A stretch of 63,829 nt of DNA, counting the filler, from Choristocarpus tenellus KU-1152 (taxonomy: Eukaryota; Protista; Phaeophyceae), in the NCBI GenBank assembly GCA_964200185.2. It is 8 parts of 8 records of this genome, joined end to end, with 100 filler letters (N's around TTAATTAATTAA, not from the genome) between each part and the next. Parts side by side here need not be neighbours in the genome. Positions count along the whole stretch, not along the records: positions 43,667 to 54,826 come from CAXNAD020002474.1; positions 54,927 to 60,388 come from CAXNAD020010712.1; positions 60,489 to 63,829 come from CAXNAD020020688.1; 5 more parts are not named here. One strand, given 5' to 3'. Made by a program: the position numbers and the translations under genes. Shown here piece by piece: positions 49,701 through 63,600 of the stretch (its first letter is position 1; every line of letters begins with the position of its first letter). The notes below the pieces were generated by a model. The model worked only from the letters and a program-made list of their open reading frames with translations, was not told the DNA's origin and did not search any database.

Positions 49701-52700
49701 TTGGCACTTGCTAACAAACACGATAGTAAAATTCGTCAAAATCGCAACATCGGATTTATGACGCCGAACTGATACGCCCCTACTCTCTTAAATGCTTTAA
49801 CTCAATGCCTGTGTCCACATATACACTCCACGGCAACTCAAGAAGCAGACAAATGTGACCTAAACCCATAATATATTAATGCAACCATAATCGCTTTCAG
49901 TGTTGCCCCCATTCGCTACCCTTTGTCATTCCTGTGCTCTCGCAATAATTCTTCAAAATAATAAAAATTAATTATTATTCCTTTGTAATGAGGACAGATG
50001 GGAAAAGCAATCGGAGCGGGAGAAGCTGTCCAGAACTATGGTGGAACTGTATGAGCAGGTAACGGCAATGTTGTCTATCATGACGCAAGGATTCTATCTC
50101 TTGAGTGCATGCACCACTAGATTGTGATTGTTGACCCTTCCTTGAATTCTTCTTGATTCCCTCGCAATCTTGATCGTTTGCTCAATCCCGTACCCCCTGA
50201 ACTCAAAAAAAAAAAACGCGAACAGTGGAAACGACTTACAATCCCCAATGTATACTTTTTCGCAGAAGGCTGTTCTCAATAGTTTCCACCCCCTACCACA
50301 ATTTTTTACTTCAAGACATAAGATCGTCCAGACATTCAAGTGGAGATAGGACATCAGGTTGTCACTCTTTCTTGTTTTTCTTTCTCCTTCCCACGGTTCT
50401 TCCATCAATTTGTCAAGGTCAAGTCAAAGTTCTCTGTTGATGACAATCGACATTATCTCTTGACACCTCGAGACCTTACAGCATGGGTCAAAGGTTTACT
50501 ACGCTACGATCTCCAGACAGAGGACGTATTGGACTGTGTGGCATATGAGGTAGGAGCAGAGTATTATTTTCTGTGTAGGTAATCCGAAGGTAGATGCAAT
50601 TTGGATGATCCTTGGTGTTTGAGTATGAACCAGGTTTAGAAAGTACTACTGTTGTACATATTTCAAAATTTCTTCTAGGGCTAGGAGGGCAGAAGGCATG
50701 GCAAGACCTTTTGTCCTATGGAAAGCGAACAAGCTGTTGGATCACTTGCCTGCATGGGGATGCAAGAGCTTTAAACTGTGTGGTTGCCTATGGCTTGGGC
50801 TAGGTCTACAATACGTGCAACAATAGTGGTATAGTATTCTCTTTTCTAAAAAAATAGCACCAGTGCTTTAGTTAGAGGTGAGCCAGTGAATTATGGCCCA
50901 GTGAAGGAACAATGATTAGAAAAAAAACTTGTGACAAGAGCAGATGCTAAAATTAGGGTGTTTTCTGCTCAAACTTTATCCTGGTCGGAAATTCAATAAT
51001 GGGAGTAACTTTCAAGTGCACAATCTAACAATTCCATTACGTTAGAGTTGTGTTGCCAGAAAATAAAGAGCATGTAGGCACTTTCTCCCATTGTGACATT
51101 TCCTGTAGATTGTGTAGACCATATATATCCAGATTTATGGAGAGTCATGTTCTGACTAGTTCCCATCCTGCTGTAGTCAAACACCACATCACCCATATTT
51201 CACGGTCTGTACCCTGTTTCTCTTTCTTACCCATGCTAATTCCCACACTTGAAGGCCCAAAGACTTTTCAAAGACCGCCTGGTAGACCCAGAATCGGAGG
51301 GGAGATTCGAGGGTATGCTCAATGCGCAACTACGGTCTGTATGGCGGCACACACCTTCACTCACTGGAGTAAGTAAGGGCTGGGTGGGGTGGCCAGAGTA
51401 GGACAAACATGAGAGGTGCATACCCTTCACACTTTAGTGCTGCTCAATAGAGTAGGATAGCATTCACATCTCAAGAAAAACAAACTGGAGTGATAAAGAC
51501 TGCAGAACGTATGTGTCCTTGATTCATATCTTTATTTTTTCAAAAATGGAAAAGTTGAAAATACAGCATTCTACTTTGAATCAATTTTGTCTAAGATAGT
51601 AAGCAAGTGCCAGAAAATTCCATTCCTCCACAACTTACTCTGTTTTGCACTATGAAGCATGCCTTTACCGCCCTCAACTCTTCACAATATGTGCACATAT
51701 AAGAAACATCTGATTGTGCATAATATTTTGTCACTCATGGCAGGTCTACTTTAGCACACTCAGTAATGGCATGAGGCAAATGGGAGGGGGGGGAGAGTGC
51801 AAAGAGGTGCGAATATAGTCAACATGCGTAGTTCAGAGGTTTGTGAGTGGAATTAAGATAATGTGCATTTCCGCGTTCATACTCCTACTTCCCTCAAATT
51901 ACACTAGACGATGTTTCTAGCTGGTACAGTCAGAAAGGTCCAGCGTTTTGTCTGGAGGACGGCAAAGCACATATGACCGTTCAAGGACAGGAATGGAAGA
52001 ACTTTTACTACAACAACTAAGGGTAGCAAGCAAGCATACTGGCAGCAAATATCATTACATTGATATGAGTCATCAAATAGAAATGCATATATCAAGATAT
52101 TCTAAGTACTTGTAACATGCCCTTTGTACAACAATATCATGCTGTAGGAAAGACTAAATTTAATTGGTGTCAGGAATCTATCACAGTCGAGCATTGTATG
52201 ATCCCAATTCGGCTAACTGCTCTTGAGCTGCCTTTGGGTGCCAAGACAATACTACTGGTGATATAAGGCAATCCATCACGCATGGTTTAAACTTTTCTGG
52301 GGTCTTATGGCTCCTAAAGGGCCGAGGTGGACTATAAGAAGTTCTAGGACAACAATGCAAAAAGATCAGTCACCAAGAGTGGGCATATACAGAACTCTGA
52401 GGATACACATATTACACAGGACAAGGAAAATACTGTATGTTCAATCCGTGAATCATATCATGTGTTACGTGCCTGCATCATTGGTGTGGTAGCTGCCTGC
52501 ACATATTGTTCTGATAGTTGCACATGTTGTTCATTCCGGTTGTTAAGAAACATGTGAATCTATAGAGTTTTGCGCTAATTCTTAGGAAGTTGTAGCACTG
52601 GGCCACTTTGAATGGGACAAAATTACAGCTCTCTTGAACTTAACACAGTGTGCCTTGCATTTTCATGTCTGATATCCCCTACCTGATGGCAATCCACAAT

Positions 52701-53543
52701 TAAGGGGGCATTGATAGAAGAACTAAACACATACATTGATTTAATGACCAATCTGTTCCACAGAGCCAACACTATGACCTTCCTCTCTAACATCTCCTGC
52801 CCCAGCAGTCAAATTAGTATTCAACTTGGTATAACTGTGTTGTGCTGACACTTATCACTGCTGTCTAGGGAGAACATCAATCCGAGAATTTGTTAAGGCG
52901 AGTGGACCAGCAGGGTCTGAAGGAGGCGGTGGAGCAAGGGTTAGTATACTTCGAGAGGGAAGAAAGAGAGCTCCATATGCTACTCTTTCCAGAGGTGCTG
53001 GATCAGGTAATTGTATACTGCCTCATGATGATACAGGTATTGCCTCAAAAACTTTCTGGAAGACCAATGGCAACGTCCTGTTGTGTTTTTGAGTACCAGC
53101 AATACATCTATCCTATACACAAATATTCACTACAATCCGAATCCTGAGAACTATATTCGACCTGTATGTGAAGTCAAACGACTGATAGCTTGAGAACATT
53201 GATGGCCCCCACCTTACTTACATCTTTCTTACTTCATCTATTCTGTCATGGATCGATGTATCATTTGCCTCTCAGATTGCTCGTGTGGATCGCGTTCTGA
53301 GCGATCATGAAGGTCATATGCTTCTTGTAGGACGCAGCGGAGTAGGGCGTCGGCAGGCGACGGTAAGCAAGAAGAGATTTTTGTGACTGCCTTGCAGTCT
53401 AGGTGAGATCAGAGCACGTCTTGAGTCTAGACTAAACACTTTCCACAGCTGAGTGGGAGTTAAACAGTGTGATGGGCTATAAATGTCACTCAATATTTTT
53501 CTAGGTACAGGTATTAAATACAATACACACTGTGTCCTTATAT

Positions 53544-53585
<42 letters not shown>

Positions 53586-54545
53586 TATAATTCCAGAGGT
53601 ATTTTGTCTTGGAGGAACATTTAGACACACGCGTATTTCTGTGAAGCTAAGTGGAGCTTTATTTTTTCCCTCGACCCATACACAAGTATAAGCATCATTC
53701 TGCGGTCATAGAGAACAGAGAGACAGTTACTATTTTTGCGTACTTTTACAATGCACAAAAGCACAGGGACCAACAAGAAATTATTGTCCCTTGGTTGGTT
53801 CTTTCAACATCACTTGTCCTGTTGTAGGTATTTGCATGAATGCTTTTGTTGAACCTAGTCTGCTGACAACAAAATTGTAAACCTGGCCTCCCTAGTATTC
53901 CCCCTTGCACTTAGTCTTTGAGGTATGCTTAATTCAGACTAAAGAAACAGTTTCTTTCAAAGGGTGTGCTTTTCTGAAAGTCTATTGTGCATTCAAACAC
54001 AAGATGCAGGCACAAAAGAAACACCACTTGACGGAAAATGTGAATAATTTTCCTTGATGTTCTTGCATCCCCTGTTGTCCCGGAACACCCCAAAAAAATC
54101 ATTTTGCATGACAAAATGTATTGTAGGTCCTGGTTGCATACATGCAAGGATGCTCGTTTTTCACTCCAGCTGTTACAAGAGGATTCGGATTGAACAACTT
54201 CAAGACAGAGCTGAAGAGTGCCATGCAGGTAGCAAGAAGAGCCAGGAACAGGAAGGTGGTAGCATATTCGCAGACCTACTTTTTTTGATAATTCAAGAAT
54301 ATTTGATCCATAGGAACCTGCGAGAGGACTCATTATTTCATCATTTGAACTGATTCTGAATTGTGACAGTGTAACTGTCTCATGTCAATGTCTAACCTTT
54401 CGGTACACACCTCTTTTTTTTTCTGCCACCACAATGGGTCATCAGGTAGCTGGAGTAGAAGGACAACCATCAGTCATTTTCCTGGAAGATCATCATTTCA
54501 CTTCAGATGCTATACTGGAAACCACAAACTCCCTTCTTAGTGCAG
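43796..54545 (+). CDS. DYNC2H1: Cytoplasmic dynein-2 (IFT dynein, DHC1b) heavy chain, internal fragment; exons 43796-43916, 44342-44420, 45319-45417, 46030-46218, 46588-46776, 47296-47408, 47962-48061, 48503-48672, 49998-50058, 50418-50549, 51255-51368, 51744-51806, 52869-53006, 53276-53362, 54127-54228, 54446-54545
   Basis: Spliced frame gives GMIFLSEED, VVETTMVGTVLNGLS, AAA3 P-loop GPEGCGK, RVYRPRDCEKLVLYLKDINLP, AAA4 P-loop GRSGVGR and FLEDHH, all characteristic of dynein-2. Truncated at both contig ends. Confidence 0.93.
53547..53582. repeat. (AG)n microsatellite in a dynein intron
   Basis: About 18 uninterrupted AG units. Confidence 0.95.
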
Positions 54546-57398
54546 GTAAGGCCTGCAACAATAGAGGGACACACCATGTGTCGCCCTAGAGATCACTAAG
54601 TATTCATTCCTGAGGATCAGATATTTTTCAACTGCAATTTTGGCCCTCAGAGTACACTGATCCTGGCGATTCCCCCTCTCCATATTCATTGCATCATTTG
54701 CTGAAACTCTGAAGTATATTATTTCTCAAGACGTTTTTTTTGTCCATCTGGCTCAAAATATCTGGGGAGGGGGGGGGGGGCTACACCAGGGTGTCTATTC
54801 CGGCCCTGACCGGGAGAAGGGCACTTNNNNNNNNNNNNNNNNNNNNNNNNNNNNNNNNNNNNNNNNNNNNTTAATTAATTAANNNNNNNNNNNNNNNNNN
54901 NNNNNNNNNNNNNNNNNNNNNNNNNNTGGACAGCCGCCACCCCCTCCCAGATACTTTGGGCCATCGTTTAAAATATTGAAATCTGATCAGTGTAGTTCGA
55001 GAACCTTCCTTACTTTCCCCATCCACAGCAATCAAGTAGATCATTGAGGAGATCCCCTTGCTGATCCAGGTCAGTCATAGCTGTACCCTCAACCATATGC
55101 CCCCATGAACACACAACAGAGTATAGTGCACTTCATCTTGGTGCACAGATAAAGATAAGAATGTGTCTTCTTCCACTGGGAAATCCACCTCAATCAGGTT
55201 GCAAACGTCCATATTCCGCACAAAAAAGAACAGAAGAGCCGAGTGCTTTGTCTCCATATGTTGCTCAACTGGTGTATCTTTGGAGTGATTATAATAAATA
55301 TCACTGCCGCCTGCAGCTGTGCTATGACTTGGTGTGTTTTGCAATTATACAGAGTAAATGCCAATAATAAGGTCTGTCATGAGAGAGATGATTTGGCTCA
55401 AGAATCCATCACTCCTACCCTGGAAGCATGCATTGACATATGCGGGAGGTTGCACAGAAGGCATCAAGTTTGTGGAGGCCGACGCACTTTTCAGTTCTGA
55501 GGCAACTCTTCCCTTTCTTGAGTGATGTCGCAAACCAGGTTGGCGTTAATATACCTGCTCAGAGAACCCACACACCAATCCAAAACTATAGTTGAGTCAC
55601 AAAAACAGAAGGAGGGAGAAAAAACACTTTTCAATATTAGAAGCACTCCCGATATTTAACAGCTGGTTCAACATACATGATCAGTCAAGTATCTTAGAAG
55701 GAAGGTAGAGCCACGTCCATTTTGGGGGTCAAAACCCATGTTGCAATTTGGTGAAATTTGGCCTATCATGTTTGTTAGGAGATGCCAATATCCTTGTTCC
55801 GGACACACCTTTTCAGAACATACACACACATTTAATCTACTCCAAAATTTTGGAGTAGATAAAATGTCATTTTTTTAAAAAAACGGGGGAAGCCAAGCCC
55901 CAAATGGAAAAACAGGGAAAAAACTCGTACCCTCTTAAGATGCTCTCTCCATACTCGACGGTAGATCGTCGATTCAATCAACCAATCGTAACTACACTGA
56001 TGATGATAGTAACAGCAACAGTAGTGCTTGTAATGGATAGTGTTCTACAGGCTATGGCATAAAAGTACCATGATGGGACCAGCTCCAGGGCCAGCCGGAA
56101 AAATGTATCCTCTAAAAACGTCATACTGTGGGCTGCCTTGGGTGTAGAACCCTGCTAGAACACAAAGCACTAACCACAACCTCAGCAATATAAGCGACAT
56201 GTAGATCATAATTTGGGAATGTTTGATGCCTTTTGAGAGCATCGAGACCCTAAACAGACACCATTGTCCCCCCCCAAAAAAATGCACATTACTATTAGCA
56301 AAAGGAGACAGTTAATTCTGCTATGTAGTAGGACAAAGGGTGTGCGCATGTATGTATGTACAAGTTCCTTTCTCTGTCTCTATCTCTCTCTCTACTGAAT
56401 ATTGCTTTGATCTAACGTTTTGCACAAAAGAATGTGTCTTAATGGTAAAGATAATACTTACGAAATACCTACACTACTACAGACAGTTGCACTACCGCTG
56501 CAATACTGTGTATCAACTACTACAGTAGGATATGCCCTTCTGATCAAATACCTATCCAAGGTAATTCTGCCTTCATCTAGGTTACAAAGGTCTACTCAAC
56601 AACAGCATTACTGTTACATCTTTAATTTTACCACAGGATAATCCGCTTATGAGGGCAGCCAAAAAAGTACAAGGTTGCTTTTTTCATAAGACTGCTACTA
56701 ATACCTCCATTATTTCAACCAGTGTATGAAAGAGGCGATGGAGAGGTCACTACAAGACCCCTCTGATTAAAGAGGGTGGGAAAGTGGGTAGGTGGGGTGC
56801 TACAGCCACAGTATTGCTACCATACAGTTCAACGCACAACCAGATAAACTGGAAGGCATTTAACCATGTGCAGTCACACATACCGTAGTACCAAAAATAA
56901 AGCCAAAAACCGACCTTGGGAACAGATCGAGATTCCCCCGCCAAATAGATTTTGTGGGATCAGCAGAACAGTATGACGTCGCAAGGTATACCACCAGAAC
57001 TGAATACATGTACCGTATACACAGCTGGTGGTACGTATTCAATATTTTACAACATCATCGATTCCTTTCTCAGTTAAACCATTCCACCTACACTGACAAT
57101 TTCATTTTTGGCGTCATAATACATGCTGTCCGGCCAACCAAATGTTATCGATTGATCTCCTTCCACTTGCAACTTGCAACTGTTGCTCGGAGGTTCAAAC
57201 GATGGCCCCTTAGCAAAACACATAGTAGTAAATGTCTAAAAATATATATATACATGTACACCAAACACAAAACATAGCAGTAACTTAGACATGTTTCCCT
57301 TTTTGGGAGTAGATGTCACCAGTCGTGTCAGTGGTGTCTGTTGAATCTTCAAGCCCATGTAGCCATGTTTCCCTCTCACTACACTTCAGCTGTCTGTC

Positions 57399-59814
57399 TC
57401 AACAGCTTCCCATCTGACGTCTTACAGTATTTCTGGCAGTCTTCACTTCATCCTCCTGGTTTAAAGTGGCATCGTCTCTGTTCCTATCAGGAAATGCCTG
57501 TTTATCATTGACAAGAGGCGACCAGGATAACCAATGGAATAAAAGTGAGAAGAGTGAGCTGGTTTAGATGGATGCAAACAACGCAGACTTCACTCCTCTA
57601 GTACAGAGATTGAGCAAAAAAAAGTCCATGCCCGTTCATGCTCTAGAGAACCAAGCAGAAATTTCTTTATCAAGGATACAACCACCTTTTGAAGACTGTA
57701 GATTTCAAGTCCTCTGTAGCAGGTGTAACCTGCAGCATTCAAAATCCCGTCAGAAGGGTGACAGCACCCCTTGCTCCCCTCCTCCTCACAGCATCATTAT
57801 CTTGACGCTATACATATCCAACAGCAGCAGTCTATGAATCAACAAATTTATCAACTGTTGACATAATGATGCGGTTTGTAAACAAATACTTGATCCACTC
57901 TTTAGAGGTGTGACACTTCAAACCACATCATTTATGACTTGTACCAACTTGCCAGCTTCCTCTGTGCTATTCGACAGTCATCCAGCCCTCGCCGCAGCGC
58001 CTTAACGCTCTCCTTCAGTAGATCCATCCTGGCAAGAACCTCCACTTCTGCCTGTCCACACCGTGCCAAACACTCCTTCATCGATGGCACATTTTCCCCA
58101 TCCTGCACACCAGGGAGCAGCATTGCGAGGTGTGGCAGGGGGTTCATACTCCTCAGATACTTCCTATACATACCAGTGCTTCCAAGGTAATACACACGGC
58201 AAAAAAGTGACTCGTTAAGTAATACATCCTCAAAACAATTGACAAATCAACCCCCCATTCAAGAACGTTCTAGCTCACTCTCACTCTTGGTGTACACATA
58301 GAACAACAGAGAGGCGTCAAGAATGAAGTGTGTTTGTGTACCAACCTGCATCGGCTTGGTACACATGCAAGACAGAGAAGAGAGAGAGTCGATAGTACTA
58401 ATGTCTGAGTCGATTCCTATGATTAACTTCTGCCACACAATTCCCAGTACACCTGTATACCGTTTGTTTTGCTATACATGAAACAGCTCACAACCGACCA
58501 TATCAAGCCTCTACTGCCTTCTGTCTGATCCAAGACTCTCTGCTGCCTACATCCCTTGTACCTTAACTTGGCCACTCTCTCCGCACTTACAACTACTTGC
58601 ACAAGTAACTAACAAACTACCCACCTACCAAACAGTACAAGCATAGTTGCCACAGAGTATAAGAAGAAATTGTGGAACAGTCAACAAAGTACCAACAAGT
58701 ACTGTTATTTGGGAGTCGACAAAGTACCACAGGAGGGGCAGATAAACCAAAGTTCGAGAACAAGAGAAGCAGTAAAAACAGGTATGGTATGATATGAATA
58801 TGATATGAATACGATACGAATATGATATGATGGGGCTGGTCAGAGCTGGCAAAAGATGCAGTCATCGGTTTGCATAGGCAATGTGCTCATATATTACATA
58901 CTACCTATCCACACAGCATCTCCCTACAGCTGTCGCAGACCTCCCCCCACCCCCTCACCTGACACTGTAGCGATTGATACACCCCTCTTCATGTGCTAAA
59001 ATATGTAAGTAGTTTTGAAATGTTGATGACATGCACCAATGAAAAGATAAATACCAGGTTTCACCAATTCAACACAGCAAAGCTCGCTCAACTAGAGGAA
59101 AAATCCACGTAACTAGGTCATCAACTCCCACACTATAAACGAGGGCAGTTGCAGAGTAGAAGAAAAGAAGAAAAAAGCAAGGTCTGCCGCACAACACAAC
59201 ATAAGCCAATAATAAGTAATGTAATAGGCATTGTCATCGATAAAAAGATAAAAGCATTGGAAGCATACATACGCTCAACCAACTGAAAGGTGATTGATAT
59301 ACTTCATCAAAACCAAAACGAGCGTCTGGCGCACGAGATGAGAAGAAAAGCCTCCGGCTGGTGAAGCCTTCCCTCTATCAGAATCATTTAACATTCTCGG
59401 TAGTCCTAACCGCAACCTCCTTTCACATCTCCGTACCAGACACTACCTTACCTTCCCATGTATGAAAAACGATTCTTAAACCTTTGTCTTCATTTACAGG
59501 CTGAAAATACACCAATGACCTTCTCCTCGACTCTCACTACTCTTAACATGGAAAAGGACAGCTGCAACATTAGTACAAAAGCAAAATTCTACACTGGGTG
59601 CCTGCAGAGTTAATCCCAAAGTTATGTATAGTAAAAGCAACACACTGATGAACTTGTACTCAATCAACTAACAGTCCAATCACATAGGACTCACTTCAAC
59701 CCCACACCGTACAGATATAAAAAGATTACCAGCATCAATTAAACAAACCAAACCTTTCTGGGGCAGTAACAAGAGTTTACCCAATGAGCAGCCTGCAGCA
59801 GAGCTACACGTGAG
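57399..59814 (-). CDS. 3' exons of an unidentified gene (best exon ~58163-57952; tentative exons ~59814-59753, 59500-59447, 58959-58905, 57497-57399)
   Basis: Coding-like exon KYLRSMNPLPHLAMLLPGVQ...RRGLDDCRIAQRKL after a tag acceptor. Flanking exons can be joined in phase, but no homology was recognised. Confidence 0.45.
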
Positions 59815-60829
59815 TCTGCTTTGTGGGTTAACTTTTGGTTCTTCGTGACCATACTTTCAAGTACTACAGTAATTCTGACAAATAATATCTTCTTTACATT
59901 TTACCATAATACCATAATACCATCACACCAAAGAGACTCCTCTACAAGAGCACCTACAATAGGTTCTTTAGCAAGTGAAGCTCTAAACAAACAACCTCAG
60001 GATATTTTACACCATTATAGTGAGACAGCACTGAACCACTGAGCCATTACCCCTACATGAAACTGCTGGCTAGGTAGTACAACAGAATCATTTGAATATC
60101 TTTAAAAAGTGGAGAAATCATGGGGTATAGGCCCAGCCCCAGCAGGGTCACTATATCAACTCCCTACATCAAGAACATGAAGAATACACCTCTGAATTGA
60201 AACTGTTGATGAGCATGAGATAGAACCCACCTCAGTGGAGTAGACAATATTTAAATATCTTAAAAAGTACAGCAAGGGTTAGAATCCAACTAGTCACTCA
60301 TCTCCATACTGCCCCCCCCCCCCCAACACCCCCACACATCCCATTGCAGGGCATAAGAAGGACTGTGAGTGCAAGATGAGTGGCTTGTNNNNNNNNNNNN
60401 NNNNNNNNNNNNNNNNNNNNNNNNNNNNNNNNTTAATTAATTAANNNNNNNNNNNNNNNNNNNNNNNNNNNNNNNNNNNNNNNNNNNNCTCTGAACCATT
60501 TTGGAGTATGAAAATGTCATAAAATAAACCCGTGGTAACCCAAGCCCTAAACGGACAAACAGGAGAAAACTCGTACCCTCTAAGATACTTTCACTCGTCT
60601 TGAGATTTATTTTGCTCAGCTGCTGTAAAAACGTGTGCACTGTGCTGACGCTGCCGCAACACAAAGTGTCATTCACTCGTTGACCCACAACTCATGAACT
60701 TGCCTACTCCCGATTCACTCCTCCATGACAGTTCTCCAAGACTCTGAGAGGTCAAAGAAACAAACGGCCCCAGACCGACCCCCAGGAGAGGACACGAGGG
60801 AAGGGGAAGGAAAAATCGCCCGGGGCCGC

Positions 60830-62439
60830 CGATGCCACCTTGAAATCAGCACAAACCGATCAGGATTTGCTACTGGACACGCCCAAACTACGACTTTCGC
60901 ATGCAAGGAGGATGCACCTTAAGCATATCCTCATCAAAGGGGCTGTCCTCGAGGTCGCTATCCAGGTCATGAACGACCTCAAGAGCAAGGATGAGGTCAG
61001 GATCGACCCCAATGCGGAAGACTCCTCCAACGGGACTTCTGACAACCCTACTCCAAACAATAACTACACCCTGTCCGAAGAGGTATGCAGGGGATGTGAG
61101 GTCCTCCTCTGGACATTCGTTCGTATCACCATTCCTTACATTTCACAAACTCAACAACCCCTCTGATCAACAACGTTCCCTAAACCCTGAAAATTTGTCA
61201 GGTGATAAAGGACCTCGTGTTGCAAGGTGTGGAAAGGGTAATCTGTACTACGGCATCGTGAAATACTCCAAGGGTGTTACTCAAAACGCCAGCGATGAAC
61301 ATAAAGGCAAGCTACCAAAGCATCGTACAACATACAACTATATCTACATCACAAACCTTTGCCCTCCTCAAACACAGTGTCTCGTCTCTCCTTCAGTTCC
61401 AACCCTGGACACTCTTACGCACACAGATTCTTCTACATGGACGTGTGTCCCATATATTTTCAACCACACGAATGTTTACATATCTTCGCCCTTTTGATGT
61501 TTTTGTGTCATTCGCCGCAAGACATCACCAAGCACTTCTATTGGTATTGTATCATGTACTATTGTGCCACATTCTCCACCTTTCACCTGTGACACCAACA
61601 TCGCGCGCCTAAGCCCAAGCATAGAAAATTTTCCATCTAAGTCACACCTCACCATTTCAGACCAGTCATCCTACAGATCAATTTAGGTTCCAATATCGAT
61701 GTCCAATAACTTTGTACCTTCGCATTGCGTCCACTACAACAGTGCGCTTGAATACGCACTCCTAACACAATTAGGACATGTACCAGAAAGCTATGAGCAC
61801 GCCATTTTGGGTCCGTCTCACACTGTAGACTTAGCCTTTTTTTTGTCCATGAGGATCCCATCACACACGAAAAAAATAGAGGAATCCTTAGATAATCGCA
61901 ACGAAATGTCTGCCACGGATCCTGGATTGAACTCTAACGCCTAACCCCTTCCACTATTGCTGTCCGCTAAACCTCCTGTTGCAGAGGTCACAAAAGTAAT
62001 AAGTATCATGGCTACGCCGTTCGGGAACGTCCAGGGCATTCATGAACTACAGGAGCTCAGCGAGAAAACACGCGTAGACCACGAAACCGCGGTTGCTAAG
62101 CTCCAAGCCAAGCATGGTAGCAATGTTATTGCTTGCACCGTGCTGGGCAATAATCATGAGCCGGATCGCCTCCAACTCCTGGTCAATATTCTCTCAGAGT
62201 TGTGAAATTTTGCACTCTCAAAGACACCGGTGGAGAATGAGGAAAACCCTTCTGTGGATATTACAGAACTCCAGTCTGATTGTGACAAAGGGGAAGGAGA
62301 AATGTTAGTCTCTAATCCGACAGAAGATGAGAGGGGCTGGAGACACTCCAGGGGTATGCGGGCACCCTACCCCAAACTCGTAGGCTGGTGGGAGAAGGGC
62401 GATGAGTGCCGATACCAACATGCCCATGAGTTGAAGTAA
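60830..62439 (+). pseudogene. Degraded copy of the unknown gene also at 14987-15469, with further ORF remnants to 62439
   Basis: Protein-level match to the 15-kb copy, a frameshift near 60887 and an in-frame stop at 62203-62205. Confidence 0.6.
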
Positions 62440-62639
62440 AGTCTTAATCATTTCCGATTGAGCTTGTAGTACGGGTAGTTTTAGTTTTGTTCCGTTAGGG
62501 TCTAAGTAATATTTGGATGGTCTCAAATTCGTGTGTGTTCATGTGGTTTGGGTCTGACCGCTTACGCCTTTTCACAGAGGTGCTGGATCTATGTGGAGCA
62601 GTCAGAAGTGTTAGTTCACATGAGATACGATACTTCAGG

Positions 62640-63600
62640 TTATTATCTGACTAAAGTAAAGTGTATCCAATCCAGGTCCTCCAGAAGAATGGGTTAATCG
62701 CAGAGAATTTTCCCTTTCCAATCTAATTCTCCCCCTGATTGTTCCCCTGCTTATATCATTGAGAAGAGATGAAATTTTAACCCAGGAACAAATGACACAC
62801 TGTGCAAGATAAGTTTGAAACTTCCTCATTCTGTACACAAGATAGTAACAAATTACCTATGGCTGAAACTCCTAGAACCTTTCCATCCCCAACAGTCACC
62901 GATGACCCTACCTCACAGGTTTTGGATCTATGTGGAGCAGTAGGATTGTTTGTCACATGAACCGAACACCCACTGTCAAAAAACCAAAGTTCATCCACTT
63001 CAACAAGTCTTCCATCATTGCTCACGGATGAGAATCCTCCAAGCTGAACTGGTGTACCACGTTCTTCACCATCACCAGCTTCACCAATGTTGCTTGCATT
63101 GCCACTCCCCTTCCCTTTACCATTCTTCTTCTTCCTTCGGGGAGCTTGTCCAGAAGATCATTGACCCGATTCTCCCAGACCACCAGAGTGTTTGGGACAC
63201 CTGTAAGCCTTGTGTCCTTTTTCTCCACAGACATAACAAGAACCTGTATAAGATCGGGACGAAACAACGGTGGGACAAGAAGATTGATAGTGTGGTCCTC
63301 CACACTGCCAGCACTCCACACGTTTTGGCTGCCGATCCTTCACAAAACCTGTATTTCCGTTCCTGGATCAAGGACCTCCAACCATCAAAGCTCCTCCATT
63401 ATTGCCCATCCTTTGTTCACGTTGTCGTTTGCAAAGTTGATACGTTTCGCAAACTCGTTTTTGGAGATCCATCCGTGCTTCCCAACCGCAACCTGTGACA
63501 TGGTGAATCTCAATGAAGTACTCGTCAGTCAAACAATTGTGCATCGCGCTTTGTTGTTCTTCTTCGCTGGGTTCATCATCCAAGGATCGCATTTTCTTAA
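62640..63600 (-). mobile_element. Ty1/copia gag-protease remnant
   Basis: Two CCHC knuckles (CWQCGGPHYQSSC, CYVCGEKGHKAYRC), then the copia protease motif WFFDSGCSVHVT...VTVGDGKVL. Frameshifted and truncated upstream by a B element. Confidence 0.88.

Noticed and set aside
54746-54966. One A element spanning the linker (flanks ATCT/ATCG)
   Set aside because: The genes on either side are unrelated and the dynein is not continued, so the flank match is probably chance.
6762-60488. Recurrent TTAATTAATTAA motif as a biological site, and any gene neighbourhood across it
   Set aside because: Always centred in exactly 100 bp of N padding, so it is an assembly linker. Dynein does not continue after 54926.
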